A stretch of DNA of 64,000 nucleotides, taken from Neocallimastix sp. 'constans' (Eukaryota). How positions within the stretch are numbered: position 1 is the first letter of the stretch; each line of letters begins with the position of its first letter. Where the stretch lies: the NCBI GenBank assembly GCA_050613775.1, contig JBODTK010000154.1, positions 62,001 to 126,000 on the forward strand, written 5' to 3'. The translations under genes and the position numbers were made by a program. Shown here piece after piece: positions 1-13,900 of the stretch. The notes beneath the pieces are model-generated. The model was not told the origin of the DNA. It ran no database searches and saw only the letters and a list, made by a program, of their open reading frames with translations.

Positions 1-294
1 TAATGGTACAAATGTTTTTTTAACTTTTTCTAATTTAATTGTGTTAATTAATTTAATATATTAATATGGATTTAAATATGAACTTTAAATATTAGAAAAT
101 AAAACTTATTTAAAAAATATTTAAATTAAGCTTTTTAAAATATCTTTATATATCATACTCTAAATATCCATATTAACAAAAAAAAAAAAATTATTTATAT
201 ATATATATTTAAGATTATGTAACAGAGTCAAATGTAAAGAAATTTTTACATTATGTAATACGTCAAACATTACTTTTTAATAGTAGTAAAAAAT

Positions 295-432
295 GAAATT
301 GAAATTGAAATTGAAATTGAAATTGAAATTGAAATTGAAATTGAAATTGAAATTGAAATTGAAATTGAAATTGAAATTGAAATTGAAATTGAAATTGAAA
401 TTGAAATTGAAATTGAAATTGAAATTGAAATT
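295..432. repeat. (GAAATT)n microsatellite, ~23 copies
   Basis: Perfect hexamer run seen directly; explains the spurious QF-repeat ORF 263..511. Confidence 0.95.
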
Positions 433-972
433 GGTGATAATTTATATAAATTAAGAGTATTAATAAAAAATAAAATAACAAATTAAGAAATTGAATTATA
501 AGTTCATTCATTTAATGATTTTAAATATTAATTAATTATATTATTGTAAATTAAAAGTTTCATAATATTATGGGTTATATTTTAAAAAATTTTAGATATT
601 TATGTATATATATAAAAGTCATGTTAAAAAAATTAAATAATTTAAAAGGAAAAATAATTATAGCCATAATATTGATAATTGTTATGAATTAATTATTTGA
701 ATTATAATAAAAAAGTTAACTTTGATATGTTATTTATTTTTTGAAAAAAAAATTCTTTTATAATTTAAATGAGTTATATATAATATATGAATTATTTGAA
801 TTACTTGAATTATATATTATATGTAATGTGTAAAAATTATACTAAATATTTAAATCATATTTTAAGTATTTACTTTTTATTATAATTAGTTATAATTGAA
901 TAAATAAGAATTTTCTTATTTGATATTTGTTAAATTCTAAAAGAATTAACTTTTTTAATAACTTTTTTAATA

Positions 973-1024
<52 letters not shown>

Positions 1025-3067
1025 GTATTAGTTAAGAACTATATATGAAAAAGTAATTATATTTTTCACTATTTAGATATTTTTTTATTTTATTTTTAAT
1101 TTCAGATTAAGTCTAGTTTTAATATTTTTTTAATAAATTAATAAATAAATTAATAAATAAATAGATAAATAAATAAATATATATAAATAATGGAGACCTC
1201 CTCTCACGATAATTTATAAATTTATAATTGTGGTTTAATAGTAAATCATGTCAATCTGGTTTTATCAGATTTTTTATTTTAATATGTAACAAAATTAAAT
1301 AAAATTAAAATTTATATATAAAATATATTGATAATATTTTGCTAGTATAGTTCATTATACATTTAATTTTTTAAATAATAATTTTTTTTTTATTGATTAA
1401 AAAAAAAAAAAAAAAAAAAATTAATTAAAATTTGAGTTTAATATATTTATTAATCTTTTAAATTTGAATGTACGCAATTACCATATTTAGTAAATCATTA
1501 TAAAAATTATATTTTATATTAAAATCTTTGAGTATCATTGGAAAAATAATTTTTTTAATAAAAAAAGGAAATTATATTTTTTAAGAAAAAATTAATGTTA
1601 CACGAAATTAAAAAAATAACAATAGAATAAATATTTTAACTATTTTTAATATCAATAATGTAAAATATTCATAAACAATTAAAATAATAAACCAATTTTT
1701 AATAATGCTTATAAATCTTCTTTATAAAAAAAAAATTGAAAAAAATTTTTTGAATAAAGAAAAATAAAAATAAAATAAAAAAAAATAAAAATAAAATAAA
1801 AATAAAATAAAAATAAAAATAAAAATAAAATTAAAATAAAATAAAAATAAAATAAAAATAAAATAAAAATTAAAATTAAAATAAAATAAAATAAGAATAT
1901 AAAAAATAATAATAAATAAATAAATATTTAGAACTATTTATTTATTTATTGGTTGATTATTGAATTTATAATATATTTATAAAGTATTTTAAATAAGATT
2001 TATAATATATAATTATAATGCATTCAATATTTCTTATTGTTTTTTATTTTAAAAGAAAATTGTGTTGTAACATGCAAATTACTTATTTAGATTATTAAAA
2101 TATTAATAAGGTGACATAATTATAAACCATAAATTTCTGACTCTTAACAATATTCATGCATTTTTATAATTTATAATTTATTAATTAGTGTTTCCTTTTT
2201 TAGTGCAATGATATAATAATTGTAATATATGTATTATTTACTTATTTATTTATTTATTTATTTATTTATTCAATACCATATTGAATTATATATATTATTT
2301 TTAACAATGAGTATGAAACTAAAATATATTATATATAAAAATACATTCATTTATTTCATAATCCATATGAATTCATAACAAATTTCCTTTTTTTTTTTTT
2401 TTTTTTATTTGTGTATTACAATTAGTTAAAATATCTATTCTACAATTAAAATTTATTACTATTATGTTCATGAAATACCAAATTAACATTTTTATAAATC
2501 TATTTATCTATAAATAAATAAATAAATAAAATATAAACAAATAAAAAGATAAATAAAAAGATAAATAAATAAAAAGATAAATAAAAATATTAATAAATAA
2601 ATAGATAAATAAAAAGGTAAATAAAAAAATAAATAAATAAATTAATAAATAAATATATATATAAATAAAAAAATAATTAATAATTATACACAATATATTA
2701 ATTAATAGATAACTATAAATCTTTTTTTTTTTTTTTTTTTTTTATATTTTTAAGGTAGAAAAGAAAAATAATAATAATAATAATAATAATCAATTTATGA
2801 AAAAGAAAAATAAATTAAAAATTAATTATTCAATGATCTATTAATAAATTAGTAATGATTAAACATTATGACTGGATAAATTAAATTTTTTTTTTTTTTT
2901 TCATTGATTGTTTATTTTGTTTGTGTTTTTTTTCAATTTCAAATAATTTAGGATTTGAAGAATCAACAGCTGAAGAATAAAACAATGGGATTATAATTAT
3001 TACTTTTTAATTTAACATAATTATGTTAAAATATTTGAATTAATATTATTTTATTTTTTATTTTTTA

Positions 3068-3098
<31 letters not shown>

Positions 3099-3628
3099 AT
3101 TTTTTATTTTTATTATTATTTTTTTTATTTTTTATTGTTATTTTTATTATTATTTTTTATTTTATATTTTTATTTTTATTTTTATTTTTTTATTTATTTT
3201 TATTTTTTTTATTTTTTATTATTTTTATTTTATAAATTCTGTAACCATTATAACCAACATAATGCATCTTATCTATTGAAATTGAAAAATATTTCATATG
3301 CCAACAACTTATACTAAATTAAACTAATAAATTAACCAATAAAAATATTAATATTAATAAATTAATAAATAAAAATATTAATAAATAAATAGATAAAAAG
3401 ATAAATAAAAGTATTAAAAAATAAATAAATAAATAAAAAGGTAAATAAAAAAATTAATAAATAGATAAATAAAAATATTAATAAATAAATAGATAAAAAA
3501 TAAATAAATAAAAAATAAACAAATAAAAATATTAATAAATAAATAAATAAAAAGGTAAATAAAAATATTAATAAATAGATAAATAAAAATATTAAAAAAT
3601 AGATAAATAAATAAATAAAAATTGATAC

Positions 3629-3811
3629 TGTTGGAATATGTGAAATTTAAGCTTCAAATGTATTGAAGCATTTATATATATTGTATAAGCCACAATGTAT
3701 TAATATAATTGTATTTAATTTAGAATAATTAAGTGTTAGTAACTCTTTATCATAAAAATATATTAATAAAATTGACATAACTATAAACCATAAATTCCTG
3801 ACTCTTAACAA
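3629..3811. mobile_element. Probable small solo LTR (~180 bp)
   Basis: Starts TGTT, ends AACA(A), flanked by GATAC on both sides (3624-3628, 3812-3816); a degenerate copy of its right end lies at 2101-2150. Confidence 0.5.
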
Positions 3812-3901
3812 GATACTTTAACTTTTGTTATGGTGTTTGGCCATTTTTAATTCTTCCAAAAATGTTGTATCATCTTATGTATTTGCTATAGATCTAGCTA
3901 A

Positions 3902-4920
3902 CTATATATCCTTATAGTTTTCAGGTTCTCTTAAACTCTCTTTTTCAATAGCTAAAAGTGCATTCACAATAAGATTTACTTCATTTCTTTTAATTCTATA
4001 TGGTTTATGTTTCTTTCTCGGTTGTTCTGTAGCAAGGTTTTCACAGTCCTTTGAAATCTTGCGTTTTCGATGATTACGAGTATTTCTATGTTCAATATGT
4101 TCAATATTGTTATTATTAAAACCGTTTTTTTGTACATTATTTTTAATATTTTGTTGTATATTTGTATTTTCAGTTTCAACATTATTTTCAATTTTTGAAT
4201 TTGTAATTTCAACATTTTCATTAACTAGATTTTCTTTATTTTTATTTCTATTGCTTTGCTTAATGTAAATTTTACCTCTCAACATTTTTTTTTGTTTTAC
4301 TCGTTTGTTTATCAATCGTCTCCTTATTATTGTTGTTTAATTTCTTCTTCAAACTATTTTTCTTATGTTTCCGTGTTTTCTTATTCTTATTGTTTTCAAT
4401 TTCAACATTACTTGTGTTTTCTTTTATCTCATTGTTAGGTGATAAATCGCGTCTTTCTACATTTGAATATTCTTTACTAGTGTTTATAGTCATTAATTGA
4501 CTCGCATTTAACAATTCGAAATTGATATTTTACTTTTATATAATTCCTGTAATTCTTTAGAATGTAAATGAAATTTACTATTTATTTATATATTATTTTA
4601 ATTGTTTTTATAATTTTTCTGATAACTAACAATAATATTATCTCTTATATTTTTATATTTATATTTATTTATTTTGTTTGGTTTATATATTTTTAAATTG
4701 TTTTTAATTTCATGAACTTTTCTATTTCATAAATTATATACTAAATGTTTGGAATTATCCTTTTCACTTTCGTTATCAAGATAGTTATTAAGATAAGTAC
4801 TTTCTTTTTCATTATTGCTTACATTTTCATTATCATTTTTTACAGTTGATTCAGCATTAGAATCATTGTTTTCATTTAAAATTATATTGTTATCATCATT
4901 TAAATTAACATTTATATTAT
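3902..4920 (-). pseudogene. Degenerate Ty1/copia-like pol remnant (integrase-RT linker)
   Basis: Broken N/K/E-rich ORFs ending in ...LREPENYKDI, resembling the EP motif before copia RT (compare KEPKDFYDI in the copia element at ~27240); adjacent to a putative LTR. Confidence 0.4.
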
Positions 4921-5254
4921 ATATATTATATAATAATTTACATAAAATTTATTTTATAAGCACATACGTATACTTGTAGATGTATACTAGATTTTTATTA
5001 TACGCCACTAAAAAACATAAAATTTAGTATATAAAATATAATATTTTATAATAGATCCTAATAAACTTTATACAATATTTATTATCTTGAACTTTTAACA
5101 AAAACAATAAAAAATTCTTTTCATACCTACTTTTTATACTGTTTAATATTTTATTATCATATTCTAATCAATTATAGAATATACTATTTTTAATTTTTTC
5201 TGTTGAAATACTTTAATACATTCTTTACCAAAAAATTGAATTCTTTATTAAATA

Positions 5255-5291
<37 letters not shown>

Positions 5292-5425
5292 TTACTACAA
5301 TTGATATAATCCTAAACAATTCTATAAATTAATTCGATTTATAAAATTAAAAGTATAAACTTATTAATTTCAATTAACAATGTATATATATATTAAAATC
5401 CATAATCCATTCATAATAATAACAA

Positions 5426-5488
<63 letters not shown>

Positions 5489-5807
5489 ATTAAATAAATA
5501 AAAAAGAAAATAAATAAATAAATTTAATTTTATATATGTATAATTTTAATTTTATTTTAATAAATACTTTATTGACAAATGAAATTTTTTATATATAAAT
5601 AAATAAATAAATATAATTAATTATACTTATTTATTTTTTTTTAGATATTTTAATAAAATATATATATATATTTTACATAAATATTTGTTTATTGAACATA
5701 ATTATTTTATTTTATAAATTTGCTTATATTTTAATCGATTTATTAGTAATTTTTGTTTATTTGCGATGATTGATTTAATTTATCTATTTACTTATTACTT
5801 AATTCAC

Positions 5808-7289
5808 TTAGAGTGGTGGATTAGCATTCTTAAGACCTTGTTCAAAGTGCTTTTGGAACCATTTACCTGCTTCTGGTGCTGGCTTCATAGCGGTTTCATG
5901 ACCACAGTAACCATCGAAACGAGCTGCACTTTCATCAGAAGTACCATCGGATTCACCAAGTGGCTTAATCCAATAGAAAGCATCAAGATAATCCATGCCT
6001 GAAATTGGACTGGCTTGTGGTCTAGCTCCAATACCAACTCCTGTTTGGTTACACCATTCTCCTGGATGCTTACGATCTGTTTTATGACCATTACGAGAAC
6101 TATCAGAAACAAAGTAAACAGATTCAATACCTGCTGCTTTGAAATCTTTGTGCATAGCTTCTAAGAATCTCTTTTCATCTGGGCATGGATTCCATTCAGT
6201 TTCTGGTCCACGAGAAAGTGTTGGATCTTCCCATGGAGTGTAGTTAGAAACATTATCAGTGAAACCACGAACCTTACCTGGTGAACCAGATTGAATGACC
6301 TTGGCATAAACTTTACCAGCTTTTTCACGGTTATCATCCCATCCTAACCAGAAGGCGTGACCAATATCAAGATACATAGCAACATGTGGAAGAACTCCAA
6401 ATTTCTTAAGTAAATAGGCATGACCATTGTAATAATAATCTTGTGAATCAGCACAAGCTGGAGTAGTTTCAATATTAGTAACCATGTTTGCAAGTGAATC
6501 GGGTTCAATAATAAGAACAACTGGTTGAGATTTGTAAGTCTTTAAATGTCCTTCAATAACATCAATATATTCAGTTTTGTAACGTTCCATATCACTTTCA
6601 TTAGCTAGAAGTTCTCCATTTGAAGCAAGTGCATGACAATCACGACCTGGTAAATCATATACAACAAATACAGTTAAAACTTTCTTATTTCCAGTTTGTT
6701 GAGCAAGAGCACCCTTTAAATTAGATTCTAACCAACTTTGCATATTCTTAATAGTATCTAACCAGATGGCATTAGGATAAGTCTTCATTTTTTCAGCCTT
6801 AGCAATAAGAGATGAATCTGACATTTGAGCAATAGCTCCATCAACTTCTTCAACATAGTATGGATTAATGTAAAATTCAACATCCTTGAATGGATTGCCA
6901 GAAATAGTATGTTGTTCACCTGGAGTAGCATTACCACCATTGTTTCCACTAGTGCTACCACCAGTGCTACCACCAGTAGAACCAGTTGGAATACCACACC
7001 AATCACCATTTTCAACTCCCCATTTACCTGAATCATCAGTGTACCAAACTTCAGCATTTGAAGAAGAACAGCATGGATAACCTTGAGAAAGTGACCAACA
7101 AGTAGCTTGAGATGGAGTATCAGCAATACCACACCAATTACCATTTTCAACTCCCCATTTACCATCATTATCGGTGTAATAAACTTCGTTACCAGAACAA
7201 CATGGATAACCTAATCTTTCAGAGAAACAAGCAGCAGAAGCCTTAGCGGCGAGAGCAGCGACAGCAGTTAAAACAATAGAAGTCTTCAT
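5808..7289 (-). CDS. cel6A: GH6 cellobiohydrolase with 2 N-terminal fungal dockerins, divergent 'type A' copy (493 aa)
   Basis: Signal peptide; two GYPCC...WGVENG.WCGI modules; GH6 motifs [28 protein letters not shown]; intronless; matches Piromyces Cel6A architecture as recalled. Confidence 0.95.
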   Translation of the reverse strand: MKTSIVLTAVAALAAKASAACFSERLGYPCCSGNEVYYTDNDGKWGVENGNWCGIADTPSQATCWSLSQGYPCCSSSNAEVWYTDDSGKWGVENGDWCGIPTGSTGGSTGGSTSGNNGGNATPGEQHTISGNPFKDVEFYINPYYVEEVDGAIAQMSDSSLIAKAEKMKTYPNAIWLDTIKNMQSWLESNLKGALAQQTGNKKVLTVFVVYDLPGRDCHALASNGELLANESDMERYKTEYIDVIEGHLKTYKSQPVVLIIEPDSLANMVTNIETTPACADSQDYYYNGHAYLLKKFGVLPHVAMYLDIGHAFWLGWDDNREKAGKVYAKVIQSGSPGKVRGFTDNVSNYTPWEDPTLSRGPETEWNPCPDEKRFLEAMHKDFKAAGIESVYFVSDSSRNGHKTDRKHPGEWCNQTGVGIGARPQASPISGMDYLDAFYWIKPLGESDGTSDESAARFDGYCGHETAMKPAPEAGKWFQKHFEQGLKNANPPL

Positions 7290-8500
7290 TTTTATTTTAA
7301 TTTTTATAACTTTTTTATTTAATAAACAAATTACAGTAAAGATAAAAAAAATATTACAATAATTAAATATAAATGATTTTTTATTAAATTAATTATATTT
7401 TATTTTATTTTATTTTATTTTTTTTTATTTAATAATTATAAAAATTAATATTAATTACAAATTAATGTATATTAAAAAAAAAAAAAAAAAAGAAAGATAC
7501 GAAATATTAATGTGTATTTATATGCAAAAAAAAAAAAAAAAAAAAAAAAAGAATTATTCATCTGAAAGAATATTAATGTTAGTATAATATCTTTGAAATA
7601 TAAAATCTTTAAATTAAAATGTTTTAAAAAATTGGGTAAAATATTTATAAATTAATAAATATATAAAATAAAAACAACAAAACAAAATTTTTTAATTAAT
7701 AATTTATTAAATATATTAAAAAAATTTTTATTCTATTAAATAAAATAGAATAATAATATATAAATCATAATGCAAATAATAATAATTATAATAATAGTAA
7801 TAATAGAAATAATAGTAATAATGATAATTATGATGGTGATAATTATAATTTAATGATACATGAATGTATATTCATGTATCATTAAATAATACATTAATAA
7901 ATAATAATAATTTTTATTATTTATTAAATCTATTGTTATTGATAAATATAAAACACTAAATTTGATATAATCTTCGAGAAAAGAAAAAAAATAATATATA
8001 TGATATATTATAAATATATAATTTTAATAATATATTATTACGATTTATTTATATACATATTTTTAAAAAGTAAAATTAAGTTTATTTTATTATGAAAAAA
8101 ATAAAATAAAATTATTTTATTATTTATAATATTATATTTTTCAAATTTATAAATATCAATAAAATAAAACATAAAAAATAAAAAATAAAAAATAAAAAAT
8201 AAAAAATAAAAATAATATAATAAAATATAAAATAAATAATAAAATAAAATATAAAAATAAATAATAAAAATATATATAAATATATGTATATATATATTAC
8301 AAACATTCTAATTATAACTATTTAAAAAATAAATTTATTAAATTTCATTAAAAGAGAAGTAATAATTAATAATATATTTTAAGAATTTAGTATTAAAATA
8401 TATATCTAATAGATATTTTTATGGTTAGGATCAATATTAAGAACTATTTAGTTCTTAATATATATTTTATAAAAATATAAAATATTAATTATTAATAATT

Positions 8501-8535
<35 letters not shown>

Positions 8536-8853
8536 AAAAAATTATATATTTTTAGTAACATTCAACGGTGTGTTTTTATTTTTGCTTTGTTGCACAGAAG
8601 TGATATTTGTTTATTAATTTATTTATACAATTTATATTTTTTTAATATTATTATTAAATAACGGCTATTTTTCATATTGAAATAATATATTGTGAAATTA
8701 AATTTTGGATATATTACTAAATACAGTTTGATATATAAATATCAAATTTTTAATAAATATTTTAAATGTTTACATATATTATTATATTATATTATTTTTT
8801 TTTAATTAATTCTTTTGAACTGTTTATAAATAACTTGTACTATTTTCCGGAGC

Positions 8854-9054
8854 CCTTGAGAAAGGGACCAACAAGCAGCTTGAGATGAAGCATCGACAAT
8901 ACCACATCAATTATCATTTTCAACTTCCCATTTATCATCATTATCCGTGTAATAAATTTTGTTATCAGAACAACATGAATAACCTAATTTTTCAGAGTAG
9001 CAAACAACAGAAGCCTTGAGCAACAACAGAAGTTAAAACAATAGTAGTTTTCAT
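8854..9054 (-). pseudogene. cel6A: cel6A 5' fragment (signal peptide, dockerin 1, start of dockerin 2)
   Basis: Aligns to the 5' end of copy 5808..7289; 8-bp deletion in the signal peptide, TGG>TGA in NWCG, truncated after SLSQ. Confidence 0.88.
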
Positions 9055-10593
9055 TTTTATTTATATATTTATTTTTATTATTATCTTTTTTTTTTTTTTT
9101 TTCTTTAATGAATAAATTACAGAATTGATAAAAAAATAATATCAAAATTATTAAATATTTGAATATAAGAAAAAAAATGCTTACAGAATAATTAATTTTC
9201 TTCGAAAGAAAATTATTTACTTATTTATTCATTATAAATTTCTCTGCCAAAAATTAAAAAATAATTTATAATCATTATATTCTTTATATACTAAAAATTA
9301 TAAATAATAAAGATATTATATAATATATATATATTTTATAATTATTTATTTAGTATTAAATATTTTACATTTTTAATAAATTATTTAGATGAAAACTTCA
9401 ATATAAAATAGAATAATTAATATTGTTAAATACTGTTTAATATTATTACAACAATATAATACATATATTTTATAAATAATTTATTAAATTGGGAAAATAT
9501 AATTACGGAAAATTATTTTTATATACTATATCGTTTTACTTAATATTTTATTTATTAATAATAGAAAAAAGAATGTCAAAATTTATATATTCTATTTTTA
9601 TTATACTTACTATTTACTTGAAATTAAATATATATAAATCTATATATATATTTATTCTAAAATATATTATATTTTAATAAATATAATTTTTTTTTTTTTT
9701 TTTTTTTTATTTCATTTTATTTTTGAAAAATCATATAAAAAAATTTTTTTTTTTAATAAGGAGGATTACATTTTTATAATATAATATAATATAAATTTTT
9801 TTTATAAAAATATAAGATTAAAAATTTTAAAGTATTCAATAAATATTAATAAAGATCAGTTGTAGTAATAAATATTCTGGGTTTTTATTTTGTAATATTT
9901 TTTAAATTTTTTTTTAATTATAATAATTAAAATTTTTTAATAATAATAATAATAAAAATAATATATATATATATATTATATATATATCTATTAAATTTCT
10001 TTAAACAAAATATATATATATATGTATTTGAAATTTAAAAATAATAATGAAATTTATTAAATTATAAAAAAAAAAAAAAAACTTTTAATTTATTGATAAA
10101 ACTATTACTATTATATTTACTATTTATAAATTGACAAAATATTTATTTATATAACTTCATAATACTATTTATTATTAAGAAAATTAAAAAATCAAAATAT
10201 TTCTTCATTATTTTATATCCATATTTATATTAATTTTTAATTCATAAAATATAATAATAATTCATTATTTTATTTTTATTTATTTTTATTTTTTTTTATT
10301 TTTATTTTTTTATATTTTTATTTTTTTATATTTTTATTTCTATATAAATATATTTAATTTATACATTTTTATTTATATATAGTTTTATTTTAAAAAACTC
10401 CAATTTAACAAATTTTGTTAATTTTCTATTTTTTATAATTCATTTTTTTATATATTATTATTTTTTTTTCTTTTCACTACTTTTACTATTATATATGTTT
10501 AATTTTATTATATTGTAACTTATATTTATTTTATATTTTTATATATTTTTTATTTTTTTATATATCCTATATTCATTCATAATTAAATTTCAT

Positions 10594-12060
10594 TTAGAGT
10601 GGTGGGTTAGCATTCTTAATACCTTGTTCAAAGTGTTTTTGGAACCATTGACCGGCTTCAGGTGCTGGCTTCATAGCTGTTTCATGACCACAGTAACCAT
10701 CGAAACGAGCTGCAGATTCATCAGAAGTACCATCGGATTCACCAAGTGGCTTAATCCAGTAGAAAGCATCAAGATAATCCATACCAGAAACTGGACTGGC
10801 TTGTGGTCTGGCTCCAACACCAACTCCTGTTTGGTTACACCATTCTCCTGGATGCTTACGATCAACCTTCTTACCATTACGAGAACTATCAGAAACAAAG
10901 TAAACGGATTTGATACCTGCTGATTTGAAGTCCTTAGAAATAGCTTCTAAGTATCTCTTTTCATCTGGACATGGATTCCATTCAGTATCTGGTCCACGAG
11001 AAAGAGTTGGATCTTCCCATGGAGTGTAGTTAGAAACATTATCAGTGAAACCACGAACATTACCTGGTGATCCAGAACTAATAACCTTGGCATAAACTTT
11101 ACCAGCCTTTTCACGATTATCATCCCAACCTAACCAGAAAGCGTGACCAATATCAAGATACATAGCAACATGTGGAAGAACACCAAGCTTCTTAATTAAA
11201 TAAGCATGTCCTTCAAGATAATACTTTTCGGAATCAGCACAAGCTGGAGTAGATTCAAGGTTAGTAACTAAGTTAGCAAGTGAATCAGGTTCAACAATAA
11301 GAACAACTGGTTGAGATTTGTAAGTCTTTAAGTGACCTTCAATAACATCAATATATTCAGACTTGTAACGAGCTAAATCTCCATCATTGGCAAGAAGTTC
11401 ACCGTTAGAAGCAAGAGCGTGACAATCACGACCTGGTAAATCATAAACAACGAAAACTGTTAATATATCTTTACCACTACTTTGGTGTTGAGTTTGAGCT
11501 CCTTGTAAGTTAGATTCTAACCAACTTTGCATGTTCTTAATGGTATCTAACCAAATAGCATTAGAGTAAGTCTTCATCTTTTCAGCCTTAGCAATGAGGG
11601 AAGAGTCGGACATTTGAGCAATAGCTCCATCAACTTCTTCAACATAGTATGGATTGATATAGAATTCAACACCCTTGAATGGATTACCAGAAATGGTGTA
11701 TTGTTCATTAGATGGAGTAACATTACCACCACCAGTACTACCACCAGTAGAACCAGTTGGAATACCACACCAGTCTCCATTTTCAACACCCCATTTACCT
11801 GAGGCATCAGTGTACCAAACTTCAGCATTTGAAGAAGAACAGCATGGATAACCTTGAGAAAGGGACCAACAAGTAGCTTGAGCTGGGGCATCAGCAATAC
11901 CACACCAATTACCGTTTTCTACACCCCACTTTCCATCGTTATCGGTGTAAACAACTTCATTACCAGAACAACATGGATAACCTAATCTTTCAGCAAAGCA
12001 AGCGGCAGAAGCCTTAGCGGCAAGAGCAGCAGCAGCAGTTAAAGCAATAGTGGCCTTCAT
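10594..12060 (-). CDS. cel6A: GH6 cellobiohydrolase with 2 dockerins, 'type B' (488 aa)
   Basis: Same architecture and catalytic motifs; intact ORF. Confidence 0.96.
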   Translation of the reverse strand: MKATIALTAAAALAAKASAACFAERLGYPCCSGNEVVYTDNDGKWGVENGNWCGIADAPAQATCWSLSQGYPCCSSSNAEVWYTDASGKWGVENGDWCGIPTGSTGGSTGGGNVTPSNEQYTISGNPFKGVEFYINPYYVEEVDGAIAQMSDSSLIAKAEKMKTYSNAIWLDTIKNMQSWLESNLQGAQTQHQSSGKDILTVFVVYDLPGRDCHALASNGELLANDGDLARYKSEYIDVIEGHLKTYKSQPVVLIVEPDSLANLVTNLESTPACADSEKYYLEGHAYLIKKLGVLPHVAMYLDIGHAFWLGWDDNREKAGKVYAKVISSGSPGNVRGFTDNVSNYTPWEDPTLSRGPDTEWNPCPDEKRYLEAISKDFKSAGIKSVYFVSDSSRNGKKVDRKHPGEWCNQTGVGVGARPQASPVSGMDYLDAFYWIKPLGESDGTSDESAARFDGYCGHETAMKPAPEAGQWFQKHFEQGIKNANPPL

Positions 12061-12132
12061 TTTTGAATATTTTAATTTATATGTAATATTTATTAAAAAA
12101 TAATATTTATTAAAAAATAATATATTAAAATA

Positions 12133-12209
12133 TTTGTAATCAATACAAATAAATTTTTCAATTATAATAATAGTTTTTTCTTTTTTTTAATTTTCTTCCA
12201 GAGAAAATT
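12133..12209 (-). promoter_or_regulatory. Conserved upstream motif pair TTTGTA-N5-TACAAA and TTTTCT-CTGGA-AGAAAA (representative copy)
   Basis: Both motifs recur ~40-150 bp upstream of every type B ATG, including copies with otherwise unrelated flanks. Confidence 0.6.
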
Positions 12210-12888
12210 TTATTATTTAATTATAAAAATAAGAAAAATTAAAAATAATAAAAAAAAAAGAAAAAAATTATCATTTAAATATGAAAAAATTTTTGAAATA
12301 GTAAAAAATGATTATAATAAATAAATGTTTTAACTTTTAAAATTTAATATAAATTTAATATAAATCCATTTTAATAATTGGAAAGATTATTAAAAATAAA
12401 CCAATAAAAAAAAATAATAGGAGTAATTTTTAAAATTTTGAAATACAATTTTTGTTTTTTGTTTTTTTTTTATTTCAAAATTATTAAGTCACAAACTTTA
12501 TTATTAATAATTTTTCTAATTATTATTGGTTACAATAATTACTATTGTGAAATATTTACTATAAACTTATTCTTAAAACAATATTAATTAAATTATAATA
12601 AATATAATTTTAAATTTTTAATTATATTTATGTCTTATTTTTTTAAAAAAATTTTAAATTGATATAATAATTAATCATATAATAAAATTAATAAAATTAT
12701 TTTTAATGAATTATTAAGTCTTTTTTTTTTTTTGTTTGGAGTAAAAATAATTTTTATTCATTTACTTATTAATATTTATATGAATTGTTATACTTTTTTT
12801 CTATATTTTTTTTCTTAATTTTTTATATTAGTTTTGTTATTTTTTTTTAATAAACTTTCATACAAGTGAATAAATATCCAATTAAATC

Positions 12889-12920
<32 letters not shown>

Positions 12921-13555
12921 ATATTCTATATTTTAATTTAGTATTTTTATTAAAGAACTTTAATTATTAGATTATATTAATACAAAAATAAATAATAAAA
13001 TATTTATAAATAGAAAAATAAAAATGGCCAAAATGAATATAATAAATATTTATTATAATACCTATTACCATATATACAAAAGCAAAGTTATAAGAACTTT
13101 ATATATAATAAATATTAGTATAAAATTTAAACAAAATTTTCTTAAATGAAGTTTTAAAAATTTTCATATATATATTGTTATAATTATAATTTTCCGAAGA
13201 TACAGTAATGAAATAATTTAAAGGAATAATTTATTATAAATAATAAATTTAAATTTGTACAGACTTGTTTTTTTGAATATTTTACTTTTAATTTTTATGC
13301 ATATAAATAATTTACTAATTGTTCTTCAATTCTAAATATTACATGCAAAGTATAAATACGAATAATTATCATATAAACTTTTTACTAAAACAATACTTCA
13401 TATTATATATATTTAATTATCTATTTTATTTTTATAAAAACACATAAAAATATTAATTATTTAGTATATTATATTATATAATTTTATAATTTATAATTAA
13501 AATTTTTTATTTTTTATTATTTTTTTTTTTTTAATTTTTATTTTATATTTTTATA

Positions 13556-13737
<182 letters not shown>

Positions 13738-13900
13738 TTTATTTTTTATATTTAATTATTAAATTAATTTTTATCTATATTTTATATTTTTAATTTTCTC
13801 AATACATTAATTATATATTTGTTTATTCGCATTTAGTATCATAAATAATTTATTTTCGGTATATTTTATTTCTATTAAACCTTTAGACTTCTCAATTTAT

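Noticed and set aside
263..9677. Low-complexity F/I/Y/L-rich ORFs (263, 2508, 3135, 8124, 9489; also 27310, 34524-34968, 59135)
   Set aside because: Translations of microsatellites and A/T tracts, with no coding signal
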